Positions 28,344-39,059 of a stretch of DNA of 64,000 bases are shown piece by piece. The translations under genes and the position numbers were made by a program. The notes beneath the pieces were generated by a model. That model saw only the letters and a list, made by a program, of their open reading frames with translations, was not told the origin of the DNA and ran no database searches. How positions within the stretch are numbered: the first letter of the stretch is position 1; each line of letters opens with the position of its first letter. Location: contig CAZMUQ010000002.1 in the NCBI GenBank assembly GCA_964569845.1, positions 919 to 64,918 on the forward strand, given 5' to 3'. Source of the DNA: an uncultured Candidatus Bathyarchaeia archaeon. GTDB lineage: Archaea; Thermoproteota; Bathyarchaeia; Hecatellales; Hecatellaceae.

Positions 28344-30458
28344 TTAGGTAGAATTATTCTGATTTATATTAGATCTTGATGGACACTCAGGATTAACACA
28401 TGTATTAAATGTTCGGCCTCCCAGTGGTTTAACAATAATTATAGGCCAACCACAAATATTGCAGGTTTTTTCAGTTGTTTGAACACCAGCTTTTTGAGGA
28501 AGAGGTAAAGCCATATTACACTTTCCAGTAAAGAAGTTTGAGCATCCTATAAATCTTTTAAATGTTTTCCTAGACCTCAAAATTATAAGCTTTCCATCCT
28601 CACATTTTGGACACTTACCGACAAGTCTTTTTCTTAAAAACTCCTCTTTTATTGCTTCTGAAAGTTTAACCCCTACCTCATCTTCAACAGATTTTAGCTT
28701 AGTAAGAATAGGTCTCAACTGCTCAACAGCATCAATTAAAACAATTTTTCTTTTCTCTAATCCCTTCTCAATCTTCCCCATTTTTTCTTCTAATCTCCTA
28801 GTTAAATTAACAGATATAATCTCTGGACAATATTGACTTAAAGTTTCAATCATTGAGAAGCCAAGCTCGGTTGCAACCATTCTTTCTCCTACAACATATC
28901 CTCTCTCATAAAGAGTTTCAATAACCTCAGCTCTGGTAGTTTTAGTTCCGATATTATTTTCCTCCATAACCTTTAGTAAACTTGCAGGATTATAACGGGG
29001 AGGAGGTTCAGTATACTTTGTAACATATTCAACATTCTCTAAGAAAACTTTATCTCCAACTTTTAAAGGTGGAAGAATCGTTTCCTCAAATTCAACGTAG
29101 GGTTCATAAAATTTAATCCATCCATCATAAACAATTCTTCCACCATAAAGATAGAACCTATAGCCATTACAATCTATTAAAACTTTAGTGCTTAACCTAA
29201 TAGCAGGTTTACCGAAAGTTGCAAGAAAACGCCTTACAATTAAGTCATAGATTTTTGCTTCATCACTTTTAAGTTCCTTTTCAGGTATACTACCTGTTGG
29301 ATAAATAGCTGGATGTGCTGGGTCTACTTTTTTACCTTCTCTAGGTTTTAGCTCTTCTTCCCTTATAAGCTGTAAAGCTAATTTTCTGTACTCATTATTT
29401 TTGGATATTTCACTTAAAATTTCCTTGTAATTTATTGTTGGAGGCAATTTTTGACTTGATGTTCGAGGATAGGAGATTAATGCATCAAGATACAATCTTT
29501 CAGCAATACTCAATGTTTTGCTTGGACTATAACCAAAAAATCTATAAGCTTCTCTTTGAAGCGACCCTAAGTCAAAGGGTTCTGGAGGGTTTCTTTTAAC
29601 AGTTTTCTCTTCTATTCTTATAATTTTGCCTGGTTTTCCTAAACAATTTTTAACAATCTTTATAGCAGTATCCTTGCAATCTATTTTTTCTTCAGAAAAC
29701 CTTAATTCATAATTTTTATCACCAATTTTTGCGTAAGCCTTAATCTCCCAGTATGGTTTTGGCACAAAACTTCTAATTTCAATTTCTCTTTCCACAATAA
29801 ACTTTAATGTTGGGCCTTGAACTCTACCAATGCTTAGGACATTATATTTACCATTTTGTTTGTTTGCAGATAAGGTTAATACCCGTGAAAGATTTACTCC
29901 ATAAAGCCAATCTACTTCATGCCTAGTTCTACCAGCTTCTACAAGCTCAAAATCTAAATGGTGAAGAAGATTTTTGTAAGCATTATTTAACTCCTCATTA
30001 GTTAAAGTTGAAAATTTCATTCTTTTAGCTTCTTTCTCTTTACCGTTACAAGCATACTTTAAAATCATATAACCTATTAAGCTACCCTCAATATCATAAT
30101 CTGTTGCATTAATAAATTCTACAGCATCTTTACTTAAACTTTTAAAAAGTTCAATAACTCTCCTTGTTTTTTTGGCTCCTCTTTCACTTACATACCTTGG
30201 AGCCCATTTAAACGTGAAAACAGGATAGTAATTTCTTCCACCCCTCATTTGAGTAACAGTGTAAACATGCCCTAAAGTTGGAGCTACAACAATTTTTTTT
30301 CCATCCTTCTTAAGCTCAAAATATGGGATTTTAAACTTAACCATTCTTTTAAAATTTGGATTTAAAGCTCTAGCAATACGTTCGGCAGCATCTGGTTTTT
30401 CAGCAACTATTAATGTATATCCTCTTCTAGATTTCAATACTCCCAATTCACCTAACAA
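28344..30458 (-). CDS. topA: DNA topoisomerase I (type IA) with C-terminal zinc ribbons
   Basis: 704 aa with Toprim start TLIVAEKPDAA and type IA core. C-terminus carries CPKCEDGK...CSNF...C and a second CNICG...C finger. Confidence 0.85.
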   Translation of the reverse strand: MLGELGVLKSRRGYTLIVAEKPDAAERIARALNPNFKRMVKFKIPYFELKKDGKKIVVAPTLGHVYTVTQMRGGRNYYPVFTFKWAPRYVSERGAKKTRRVIELFKSLSKDAVEFINATDYDIEGSLIGYMILKYACNGKEKEAKRMKFSTLTNEELNNAYKNLLHHLDFELVEAGRTRHEVDWLYGVNLSRVLTLSANKQNGKYNVLSIGRVQGPTLKFIVEREIEIRSFVPKPYWEIKAYAKIGDKNYELRFSEEKIDCKDTAIKIVKNCLGKPGKIIRIEEKTVKRNPPEPFDLGSLQREAYRFFGYSPSKTLSIAERLYLDALISYPRTSSQKLPPTINYKEILSEISKNNEYRKLALQLIREEELKPREGKKVDPAHPAIYPTGSIPEKELKSDEAKIYDLIVRRFLATFGKPAIRLSTKVLIDCNGYRFYLYGGRIVYDGWIKFYEPYVEFEETILPPLKVGDKVFLENVEYVTKYTEPPPRYNPASLLKVMEENNIGTKTTRAEVIETLYERGYVVGERMVATELGFSMIETLSQYCPEIISVNLTRRLEEKMGKIEKGLEKRKIVLIDAVEQLRPILTKLKSVEDEVGVKLSEAIKEEFLRKRLVGKCPKCEDGKLIILRSRKTFKRFIGCSNFFTGKCNMALPLPQKAGVQTTEKTCNICGWPIIIVKPLGGRTFNTCVNPECPSRSNINQNNST

Positions 30459-30639
30459 CCAGGTATCTTAGCATTTTTTACGCCGCAAAAGTACGTCAAC
30501 AATAACCCTGTAAAGTTTAATTGTTAAATTTAAAAAGTTTATTTGAAAAATTCCTCTAAAAAGAAGGTTTAAAAATAGTAAAGTTTTAAAGGGTTTAAAA
30601 TATTAATACCACAAAAAAGAGAAGCCTGAGGGGGCGCTT

Positions 30640-30810
30640 ATGCCTCAAATAGTAGTTTGTAAAGGATGTGGATACGAGTTTTACAGAGGTATAGAACTTA
30701 AACCACCAGAAGAAATAATTGAGCGTAACGGGGGAGTTTGTCCAAAGTGCGGCAAAAAACTTTTGTTTAAAATTGAGGATGTTGAAATCATTCCAATAGA
30801 AGAAAAATAG
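30640..30810 (+). CDS. small zinc-ribbon protein (56 aa)
   Basis: Not in the ORF track (below 60 aa). Translates to MPQIVVCKGCGYEF...CPKCGKKLLFKIEDVE, preceded by a GAGGGGG SD-like motif. Confidence 0.45.
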   Translation: MPQIVVCKGCGYEFYRGIELKPPEEIIERNGGVCPKCGKKLLFKIEDVEIIPIEEK

Positions 30811-30813
30811 AAG

Positions 30814-33800
30814 TTAAGCTTTTTCTAGCAAAATTTTTACTTTTTCATCTTCAATATCCCAATCTTTAAGGTAAGCACCTTCTCTTTGCTTAACATCATC
30901 TATTTTTACAATATCTAATTGTTTAACCCTAAGCTCCGTTTTAATATAACTCTCCATGGATTTTAAAAGTTCCATTGATTCAACACTTTCACATCCTATT
31001 AAAGCATTAACATAATCTTCAACATTTAGACCCATCTCCTTCCTCATTAACTGAGCTCTTCTAACAACATCTTTAGCAAAAGCTTCAGCAATAATTTCAG
31101 GTGTCTTTGTTACATCCACAAATACAGAACCATACACAAAGCTTTCTTTAGATATATAGTCTGGAATGATTTCTAAGATGTTGAAATCTTCCCTCTTAAG
31201 AAGAATATTTTTATCATCAATTTTAACTTCAAAGGATCCTTTCTCTAAAATTGTTCTTACCAAGTCATCTTTACTTATTTCATTAACCTTTCTAAGAATT
31301 TCTGGAGTTAATTCCTTAAATTTTGCACCTAAACTTGGTTTTGGTTTAATATCAATCTGTAGAAACTTTGGCTTTTCTTCAACTCCTAATACTGTAACCT
31401 TTTTTGCATTAACCTGGTTTAGGAGAACATCCGTTTGTCTAAGTAAAGCTTCTCTTACATTATCGTTTGCAGGAGAAACAATAACTTCTCTTACAGGCCA
31501 TCTAAGTTTAAACTTCTTCCTTTGTCTTGCAGTTGAAATTGCTTTAATGGTTTCTCTACAGATTTTAAAGTCTTCTTCAAGTCTTTTATCTAGAAGTGCT
31601 TCATTAAACTTAGGCCAATCATGCATATGGATACTTTCTAAACTGTTTTCAGCTAGAAATCTATAAAGTGCTTCTGAAATATAAGGAGTAAAGGGACTTA
31701 AAAGTTTTAAACTATCCATTAAAACATTATAAAGAGCTACGTAGGCTGCAAATTTATCAATCTCTTCAGCTTCAATCCATGTTCTTCGCCTAATTATCCT
31801 AATATAAAATCTGCTTACATCATCAATTAAGAAATCAAAAAGTTCTCTTAAAGCTTTATTTAATTGCAAAGTTTCAAGGTAGGTGGTAACGTTCTTTATT
31901 ACATTTTGGAGACGTGAAAGAAGCCATCTATCTTCAGCTCTAAAATCCTTTGCAACTTTTTCTATAGGCCAATCAGAAGGTTTAAAATTATCAAGAATCA
32001 TGTAGGTTGTTGCGAACGTGAAAACATTCCAAATTATACTTAACATACGCTTTATTTGATTTAATTCTTCAGGGTCAAAAGCTAAAGTTGCTTCTGGGGA
32101 TGATTTCCATATTAGATATGCTCTTAAAATATCTGCGCCATAAACTTGTAGTGCATCCTCCACCCATACAACATTTCCACGCGATTTAGACATTTTTTGG
32201 CCGTATTTATCAACAACATGTCCCTGACATAAAACTTTAAGGTAGGGAGTTTTGCCGTAAAGAACCACTGCTGTGGAAAGTAAAGAATAAAACCATCCTC
32301 TTGTTTGGTCTACAGCTTCAGTTATGAAATCATAGGGATATAGTTTTTTAAACAAATCTTCATTTTTTAAAGCATTTACACTTGCACTATGAGCAACCCC
32401 CGAATCAAGCCAACAATCAACAACAAAAGGTACACGGAACATATCCCCGCCACACTTATCACACCTGAGAATAACATCATCAATCCATGGACGATGTAGT
32501 TCTAAGCGGTCCGGAAGTTTTTTAGCTAAACTTTTAAGTTCATTAATTGTGCCAGGAACCGCCAGCGCCCCGCAATTTTTACATCTCCAAATATTTAATG
32601 GGCTACCCCAAATTCTTGCCCTAGAAATACACCAATCTTCAGCATTAGCTAACCACTCACCGAACCTATTTTCCCCAGCCCAACGTGGAATCCACAAAAC
32701 TTTCTTATTTTCCTCTAAAAGTTTTTCTCTTAGACTTGAAACTTTAAGAAACCATTGTTTGTCAACCCTATAAAGTAACGGGGTTTCACATCTCCAACAT
32801 AGAGGATACTCATGTTCGATTTTACCTTCATAAACAAGTAAACCTTTAACTTTTAAGTCTTCAATAATTTTGCTATCTGCATCTTTAAAATAAAGTCCAG
32901 CATACTTACCCCCCATATCTGTAAATTGTCCAGCTTGATCTACTGGACAAAAAATTTGAATACCATATTCTAAGCCTATTTCAAAATCCTCCGGCCCGTG
33001 AGCTGGAGCTGTATGAACACAACCAGTACCTTCCTCTAAGCTTACATGTAAACCACATAATATTGAGTGGTCAAAGTACCCAGAATGTTTTTTATGTTCT
33101 GGAACTTCATCCATTAATGGATGAATATACTTTAAACCTTTAAGTTCGATTCCCCTAACCGTTTCAATAATTGTAAAGTCTTTAATTTTAAGCTCATTCA
33201 TAACTTTTTCAACAAGATTTTTAGCTAAAATCCACTTTTCATTACCAACTAAAACTTTAGCATAGTCTGCATCAGGATGAACAGTTACAGCTTCATTTCC
33301 TGGCAAGGTCCAAGGTGTTGTTGTCCAGATTAGTATGTATTCATCTTGCTTTTCCTTAAGTTGAAATTTTACGTATATTGAAGGATCTAAAACAGTTGTA
33401 TAACCTAAACTTACCTCATGGCCTGAAAGAGAAGTTTCACATCTTGGACATGTTGGAACAACTTTTAAATCTTCTTTGAGTAATCCTTTACCATATGCGT
33501 TTTTAATAAACCACCAAACAAATTCTATGTACTCATCATCCATAGTTTTATACGCATTATCATAATCAAGCCAAATGGCAAGCCGCTCAGATACTCTTCT
33601 CCAGTGGTCTATATAGTACTTAACCAATTTTTTGCACTCTTCAACAAAAACATCTAAACCCACCCTTTCAATATCGCGTTTAGATTTTAGCTTAAGTTTC
33701 TTTTCAACCTCGATTTCAACAGGTAATCCTTGGCAATCCCATCCTGCTTTACGCCAAACATTAAAACCACACATAGATTTAAACCTTAAAATGATGTCTT

Positions 33801-33990
33801 TCATTGTTCTGCCTCTAGCATGTCCAATATGCATAAAACCATTAGCTGTTGGAGGTCCCTCTAAAAACCTAAAATAAGGTGCATCTTTCCTTAAACTATA
33901 AACTTTCTCTATGATTCTGTTCTCTAACCAAAATCTTTGTACTTCTTCCTCAACTTTTAAAGGCTTATATGGTTCCTTTATCTCCCTCAA
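30814..33990 (-). CDS. ileS: isoleucine--tRNA ligase
   Basis: 1058 aa with HIGH motif PPTANGFMHIGHA, KMSKS, and editing domain. Confidence 0.9.
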   Translation of the reverse strand: MREIKEPYKPLKVEEEVQRFWLENRIIEKVYSLRKDAPYFRFLEGPPTANGFMHIGHARGRTMKDIILRFKSMCGFNVWRKAGWDCQGLPVEIEVEKKLKLKSKRDIERVGLDVFVEECKKLVKYYIDHWRRVSERLAIWLDYDNAYKTMDDEYIEFVWWFIKNAYGKGLLKEDLKVVPTCPRCETSLSGHEVSLGYTTVLDPSIYVKFQLKEKQDEYILIWTTTPWTLPGNEAVTVHPDADYAKVLVGNEKWILAKNLVEKVMNELKIKDFTIIETVRGIELKGLKYIHPLMDEVPEHKKHSGYFDHSILCGLHVSLEEGTGCVHTAPAHGPEDFEIGLEYGIQIFCPVDQAGQFTDMGGKYAGLYFKDADSKIIEDLKVKGLLVYEGKIEHEYPLCWRCETPLLYRVDKQWFLKVSSLREKLLEENKKVLWIPRWAGENRFGEWLANAEDWCISRARIWGSPLNIWRCKNCGALAVPGTINELKSLAKKLPDRLELHRPWIDDVILRCDKCGGDMFRVPFVVDCWLDSGVAHSASVNALKNEDLFKKLYPYDFITEAVDQTRGWFYSLLSTAVVLYGKTPYLKVLCQGHVVDKYGQKMSKSRGNVVWVEDALQVYGADILRAYLIWKSSPEATLAFDPEELNQIKRMLSIIWNVFTFATTYMILDNFKPSDWPIEKVAKDFRAEDRWLLSRLQNVIKNVTTYLETLQLNKALRELFDFLIDDVSRFYIRIIRRRTWIEAEEIDKFAAYVALYNVLMDSLKLLSPFTPYISEALYRFLAENSLESIHMHDWPKFNEALLDKRLEEDFKICRETIKAISTARQRKKFKLRWPVREVIVSPANDNVREALLRQTDVLLNQVNAKKVTVLGVEEKPKFLQIDIKPKPSLGAKFKELTPEILRKVNEISKDDLVRTILEKGSFEVKIDDKNILLKREDFNILEIIPDYISKESFVYGSVFVDVTKTPEIIAEAFAKDVVRRAQLMRKEMGLNVEDYVNALIGCESVESMELLKSMESYIKTELRVKQLDIVKIDDVKQREGAYLKDWDIEDEKVKILLEKA

Positions 33991-34085
33991 ATTAGTACAA
34001 CCTCATTTTTAACCGCTAGTTAAACCCTTGTTTAAAATATTTAGGGAAACCTTTATAATTTACGTTAAAAGCTAAAAAAGCTAAT

Positions 34086-34412
34086 CTACTCAGGAGTTAC
34101 TACTAAAAGCCTATTTTCAGCTAGCATAGTTGCAATTTTTCTTCTAGCATTTTCTAAACATCTCCAAACAGTTCCTCTTGAAACTCTCATTCTTTGAGCA
34201 GCCTGCTCCTGAGTAAGCTCCTCATAAAAAACTAGTCTAAATGCTTCAAATTCATCATAACTCATGAAAATAGGGTTATCAAGCCCTATTGGGTTGCCAT
34301 CCAGATTTAGAGGTGCAAACCTTATTAATCTTGGTTCTACGCTTAAGAATCTTGGTTTCATAGGTCTACCTGGACCATGCCAGCGTCTGCCCCAACGCCA
34401 CATAAGCACCAC
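34086..34412 (-). CDS. DUF134/UPF0251-type DNA-binding protein
   Basis: 108 aa with sigma-70 region-4-like helix-turn-helix (LTQEQAAQRMRVSRGTVWRCLENARRKI). This family commonly neighbours Mrp/NBP35 in archaea. Confidence 0.5.
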   Translation of the reverse strand: MVLMWRWGRRWHGPGRPMKPRFLSVEPRLIRFAPLNLDGNPIGLDNPIFMSYDEFEAFRLVFYEELTQEQAAQRMRVSRGTVWRCLENARRKIATMLAENRLLVVTPE

Positions 34413-34571
34413 CTTCTAGCGGATTACCTAATAAAGTAGGTTATTAAAGCTTAAAAGCTTTAAACTTAAAGAAGTTTCTGCGGTTAAAAAGTGCAAATGC
34501 ACAAAATATAAGTTTTTACTTTAACTTCCAATACTATGTAAGAGTAAGCAACATTTATTGAGGCGTGAAAA

Positions 34572-35414
34572 TTGAAAACCAACATGAAAACAGAGTTTAA
34601 AGAACAACTAGAAAAAATTGAGGAAAGAATGAAGAATATCAAATATAAGGTTGCTATTCTAAGCGGTAAGGGAGGTGTAGGCAAAAGTACAATAACAGCT
34701 AATCTTGCAGTTGCCCTAGCAAGTAGAGGTAGACCAAACCTTATCGGGGTTTTAGATGCAGACATAACTGGACCAAGTATACCTAAAATCCTTGGAGTTA
34801 GGGGTGGACATTTAAATGCAGGACCAGCCGGAATTTTTCCAGTTTTTGGGCCTTTGGGAATAAAAGTTGTTTCTATGGACTTTTTACTTCCAAGCGATGA
34901 GACACCAGTTATTTGGCGTGGACCATTAAAATCTGTTGCTATTAGACAATTTTTAAGTGATGTTGTTTGGGGGGAACTTGAATATCTGCTTATAGACCTC
35001 CCCCCAGGAACTGGTGATGAAGCATTAAGCATAATGCAGTTTATACCTAAGGTAAGCGGAGTTATTATTATTACAATTCCCTCAGAAGTTTCCCAACTTG
35101 TAGTTAAAAAAGCTGTAACCTTCACACATGAACTTAAAGCACCAATAGTAGGAATTATAGAAAACATGAGCGGCTTTGTATGCCCAAACTGCGGATCTAT
35201 AATAAACATTTTTAAAGTTGGAGGTGGTGAAAAAATTGCTGAAGAACTTAAGGTACCATTTCTTGGAAAAATACCTTTAGACCCAAGAATATGCGAAACT
35301 TCTGATGATGGAATACCATTTATAGTTAAACATCCAAATACTCCTGCTTCAAAATCTTTTATGGATATTGTTGAAAAAATTGAGAATTTTTTCAAAAATA
35401 AGGAAGAGGAATAA
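34572..35414 (+). CDS. apbC: Mrp/NBP35 family Fe-S cluster carrier ATPase
   Basis: 280 aa with deviant Walker A ILSGKGGVGKST and C-terminal CPNCG. Confidence 0.85.
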   Translation: MKTNMKTEFKEQLEKIEERMKNIKYKVAILSGKGGVGKSTITANLAVALASRGRPNLIGVLDADITGPSIPKILGVRGGHLNAGPAGIFPVFGPLGIKVVSMDFLLPSDETPVIWRGPLKSVAIRQFLSDVVWGELEYLLIDLPPGTGDEALSIMQFIPKVSGVIIITIPSEVSQLVVKKAVTFTHELKAPIVGIIENMSGFVCPNCGSIINIFKVGGGEKIAEELKVPFLGKIPLDPRICETSDDGIPFIVKHPNTPASKSFMDIVEKIENFFKNKEEE

Positions 35415-35451
35415 ACAAATAGATAAATATCTCAAATACTTCTTATTTATT

Positions 35452-35512
35452 GCATGATGAAGTCGTCCCAGCCTGATCCCATATGAAATGAAGAACACGC
35501 GACGAACTGAAT
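35452..35512 (+). ncRNA. candidate box C/D sRNA
   Basis: Intergenic between the convergent Mrp and Pop5 genes. C box AUGAUGA (35454-35460), 12-nt guide, D' CUGA (35473-35476), C'-like AUGAAGA (35488-35494), 12-nt guide, D box CUGA (35507-35510). Confidence 0.5.
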
Positions 35513-35551
35513 AATAAAATTAATTTTTTAATACTACTCCAAGTTTTGATG

Positions 35552-35902
35552 TTAAATATCCTTTCTAAAGACCTTCTCCTTAAACTCTTTTAATGTTTTT
35601 AATGTTCCTGAAATTCTTAATGTGTAGATTGATGTTTTCTTACCGTTAATTTCTCTGATGAATGTTAAAGATGCTCTTAGATTGTTTACAAATTTATGGT
35701 TGCATCTAATTATTCCTGTTGAGGTTTGATTATCATAACCTAAGAATACTAAACCTGCTTCGCCCACCCCTGTTAAACCGAAAAGTATTTGAAAAGAGTT
35801 TAGTATAGCCCTTTTAACAGCATCCTCCTCAATATTACTTCCCTCTGAAATCAACTTAAAAAGTACGTAACGTTTTCTGTAAAATTTAACCATGCTGACC
35901 AA
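35552..35902 (-). CDS. RNase P protein component Pop5 (Rpp14-like)
   Basis: 116 aa. RKRYVLFKL start and GIIRCNHK motif match archaeal Pop5. Confidence 0.55.
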   Translation of the reverse strand: MVSMVKFYRKRYVLFKLISEGSNIEEDAVKRAILNSFQILFGLTGVGEAGLVFLGYDNQTSTGIIRCNHKFVNNLRASLTFIREINGKKTSIYTLRISGTLKTLKEFKEKVFRKDI

Positions 35903-35981
35903 CTAAATTAGGCTTTTTTAAGCAATGCTTTCCTGGAAAAACAAAAATACTGATTAAGCATATATAGGTTTTTGCTGAAAC

Positions 35982-38000
35982 TTGGAGGTTAAAAGTTTAG
36001 GGATGTTCAAAAAGCTGAGCCTAAGGAGTATTTTAAGCCTCGTATGCCTGATTATAATATGCTTCATAGCATTTGCTGTAAGAATCTTACCACTAAAATG
36101 GGGTGCATATTTAAGCGAATTTGACTCTTTCTGGCATTGGTATGTTGCGGACCACATCATTAAAAACGGAACCAGCTGGATTTTCAGTAACAGCTGGATT
36201 GATAATAGAACATGGTTTCCTTGGGGGAGGCCAGTAGCCTCAACAACACCTATGGGCTTACCACTTACAGCAGCAACATTCTACATTTTTATTCAAAGTT
36301 TAGGTTTGAATGTTTCGTTAATGGATGTTACAATTTATTTTCCACCTTTTATGGCTATGCTTACAGTTTTGGCATTATATTTCTTTGGTAAAGAATTTGG
36401 TGGACAAGAAACAGGGCTTCTTGCAGCCCTTTTCTTAGCCTTAAATTCAGCTTACATTAGTAGAACAAGTCTAGGTTTTTTTAAGCATGAAAGTGTAGGG
36501 GTTTTTGCAATAGTTTTATGTTCTCTTTTCTTCGTAAAAGCAATTAATCCGCATAATACCTTAAAAAGATGCTTACTTTATTCAATACTTTCAGGTTTAT
36601 TTTTAACTTATCTAACAATTTCATGGGGAGCTTTTTACTACATGTTTGGTTTAATTCCACTATACCTTATAATTGCAATTATTGTTAGAAGAGAATCTTC
36701 TAGGTTAACACTAGCTTACCTTTTAACTATGGGAATCGGTATACTGTTATCCCTACCATTTCCAAGACCAGGTTTAGCAACTATAACAACCTTTGGAATT
36801 ATCCCTGTTCTTGGTGGTTTTGCTGTTTTAACAGTTCATGAAGCAGTGAAACACATCAACTTTAGATATTCCGCTGGATTTTTACCCAGAATTTTTATTG
36901 TTATTTTAGCCATTATTATTTCAGCAACCTTATATTTTTCTGGAGCAGTAGCCCCAATCACAGGGAAGTTTTTAGCCGTTGTTAATCCGCAATTTAGAGC
37001 TGAATCACCTATCATTGAATCAGTTGCAGAGCATCAGATGAATACTTGGGCAACCTTTTATAACAGCTTTGGAATTATCCTTTTCCTCCTACCTTTAGGC
37101 CTATATTTTGCATTTAAGCGTGGAGACTATAAGGCTTTATATTTAATACTTTTTGGTTTAACTTCACTTTATGCTGCAGCCTCATTTATTAGGCTTAACC
37201 TTATTCTTGCACCAGCAGCATGCCTACTTGCAGCTTATGGTATCATTGAAACATTAAAACCTATTGTTGAAAGAGTTAAACTTGGAAAAATTTCAACTAA
37301 GAAGAAGATTTTAGCCACTATAGATTTAAGAGTTTTGATATTTATTGTGATCATCTTTACTGCAACTCTAATACCGACATTTTATAGGGCTATTGAGTAT
37401 GCTTATACACCCGTCACTATAGCATCAGCATCCGTTCCTATTAGGGAGTACCGTGAGGATTGGTTTGATGCTTTACACTGGATTGATAAAAATATACCTA
37501 AGGGAGCGCCGGTTATATGTTGGTGGGATTATGGTTATTGGGTTGCAATCTATGGGAATAGTACAAGTGTTGCTGATAATGCAACATTAAACACAACACA
37601 AATAGCACATATCGGTCAAATTTTACTCTCAAATGAAACTAGAGCATTAAACCTTTCAAAGAAATATTTTAACTCAACATACATTTTAGTATTTATAACA
37701 ACAGCTAAGTGGTTAAACTCCCATCAACCTCTTGGTTTTGGAGATGAAGGTAAGTGGGGTTGGATGGCAAGAATAGCTAATAAAGTTCACCCTGAAATTA
37801 GCATTGAAAGTGTTGATAAAGATGCAAATGGGCTTCCAGATTGGGATACCTTGCTTGGGAAGCTTATTCTTTATGCTTGTGGTAGAAATGTTACTCTAAC
37901 AAAGTTTAACATTATATATGTTTCTCCATCCCATCAATACGTTGTGAATAATGAACCTAAAATCACAACTCAAGTTATAATAGTTAAAGGTACGGATTAG
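35982..38000 (+). CDS. aglB: archaeal oligosaccharyltransferase AglB (STT3 family)
   Basis: 672 aa polytopic membrane protein with the hallmark WWDYGYW motif (ICWWDYGYWVAIYG). Confidence 0.85.
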   Translation: MEVKSLGMFKKLSLRSILSLVCLIIICFIAFAVRILPLKWGAYLSEFDSFWHWYVADHIIKNGTSWIFSNSWIDNRTWFPWGRPVASTTPMGLPLTAATFYIFIQSLGLNVSLMDVTIYFPPFMAMLTVLALYFFGKEFGGQETGLLAALFLALNSAYISRTSLGFFKHESVGVFAIVLCSLFFVKAINPHNTLKRCLLYSILSGLFLTYLTISWGAFYYMFGLIPLYLIIAIIVRRESSRLTLAYLLTMGIGILLSLPFPRPGLATITTFGIIPVLGGFAVLTVHEAVKHINFRYSAGFLPRIFIVILAIIISATLYFSGAVAPITGKFLAVVNPQFRAESPIIESVAEHQMNTWATFYNSFGIILFLLPLGLYFAFKRGDYKALYLILFGLTSLYAAASFIRLNLILAPAACLLAAYGIIETLKPIVERVKLGKISTKKKILATIDLRVLIFIVIIFTATLIPTFYRAIEYAYTPVTIASASVPIREYREDWFDALHWIDKNIPKGAPVICWWDYGYWVAIYGNSTSVADNATLNTTQIAHIGQILLSNETRALNLSKKYFNSTYILVFITTAKWLNSHQPLGFGDEGKWGWMARIANKVHPEISIESVDKDANGLPDWDTLLGKLILYACGRNVTLTKFNIIYVSPSHQYVVNNEPKITTQVIIVKGTD

Positions 38001-38179
38001 CTTTGCATTCTATTTTTTGCAAGTTCTTTCATCATTCTTCTGTATTTAGCATATCTATCATCAGGTGAAAATTTTGGAGGTACTGGAATGTAAACTTCGC
38101 CACCACACTTTGGACAAGAAGCTTGATTTAAAGTATATTCACCACAACTTTTACACTTTCTTAGTAATATTGGAGACAA
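37997..38179 (-). CDS. nop10: H/ACA ribonucleoprotein Nop10
   Basis: 60 aa with CKSCGEYTL...CPKCGG zinc ribbon and PPKFSPDDRYAKYR tail characteristic of Nop10. Confidence 0.85.
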   Translation of the reverse strand: MSPILLRKCKSCGEYTLNQASCPKCGGEVYIPVPPKFSPDDRYAKYRRMMKELAKNRMQS

Positions 38180-38202
38180 AAAATATCAACCAGACTAGAA
38201 GC

Positions 38203-39012
38203 TTATCTTTTAAACTCGCCTTCACCACCAACATTCTTAATTTCCTTTAGAGCGTAAGAAACAACTTCATTTAAAACTTTTTCAGCATCTTTATAATTTT
38301 TCGCTGTAACTTCAACAACATATTTAGGCGCACCAACAGTATAAATATCAACTTTTGCTTTTCTAAACCTTCTAGCAGACTTACTTTCTATTAGAATTTT
38401 CTTTATAATCTCAACACCATCAGGAGCTGTTGTTGTTAACTTTAAGATACCTTTAATGCTTACTACTTGAGGTTTAATTTTTTGTTTTGCAACATCATAA
38501 ATTGCTTTAATCCACTCTTTTGGCAACTTAAGTTTTTCAGCAAGCTCCTCACCTTTTTCAACTAGTTCTTCAAGCCCCTCATATAAACCTCCAAGCTTAT
38601 CTTCAAAAATAGGTGTAACCTCATCAACAAGTTTTCTTGGGTCAAGATTAACTTTTTGAGCTGCAGTTTCAAGAATCGATAAAGCTCTTTTTCTTCGTTT
38701 CCATTCAGCCATTTTTTCTTGTTTTTCTCTTTTACTAACTCTTCTAAGAGATAAATCTACATGTCCCTTCTCTTTATCAACTCTTAAAACCTTTAAAACA
38801 AGTTTTTGACCCTCTCTAACGTGGTCATAAATGTTTTTTACCCATCCCGAAGATACCTCTGAAATATGGAGTAATCCTTCAATACCGTAATATTCATCTA
38901 GTTTTACATATGCACCATAATCAGCAATATTTGAAACTGTTGCAATAACAAGTTCACCAACTTCTGGAAAGTTGTCATTTGATGAATCTTTCACTAGAAC
39001 ACCCCTATACAA
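38203..39012 (-). CDS. translation initiation factor 2 alpha subunit (aIF2-alpha)
   Basis: 269 aa with N-terminal S1 domain (GELVIATVSNIADYGAYVKLDEYYGIEGLLHISEVS). Confidence 0.85.
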   Translation of the reverse strand: MYRGVLVKDSSNDNFPEVGELVIATVSNIADYGAYVKLDEYYGIEGLLHISEVSSGWVKNIYDHVREGQKLVLKVLRVDKEKGHVDLSLRRVSKREKQEKMAEWKRRKRALSILETAAQKVNLDPRKLVDEVTPIFEDKLGGLYEGLEELVEKGEELAEKLKLPKEWIKAIYDVAKQKIKPQVVSIKGILKLTTTAPDGVEIIKKILIESKSARRFRKAKVDIYTVGAPKYVVEVTAKNYKDAEKVLNEVVSYALKEIKNVGGEGEFKR

Positions 39013-39059
39013 GCTTGATAACAGTTAATTTTTGGCAAAGGTAAAGGAAAAACTCAAAA

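Noticed and set aside
31166-31666. 166-aa plus-strand ORF inside ileS
   Set aside because: Antisense to a highly conserved aminoacyl-tRNA synthetase gene. Ser/Leu-rich shadow ORF.
34484-35395. 303-aa ORF on the minus strand
   Set aside because: It lies entirely antisense to the well-supported Mrp/NBP35 gene. Its composition is low-complexity (Ser/Pro/Ile-rich) with no motifs, so it is a shadow ORF.
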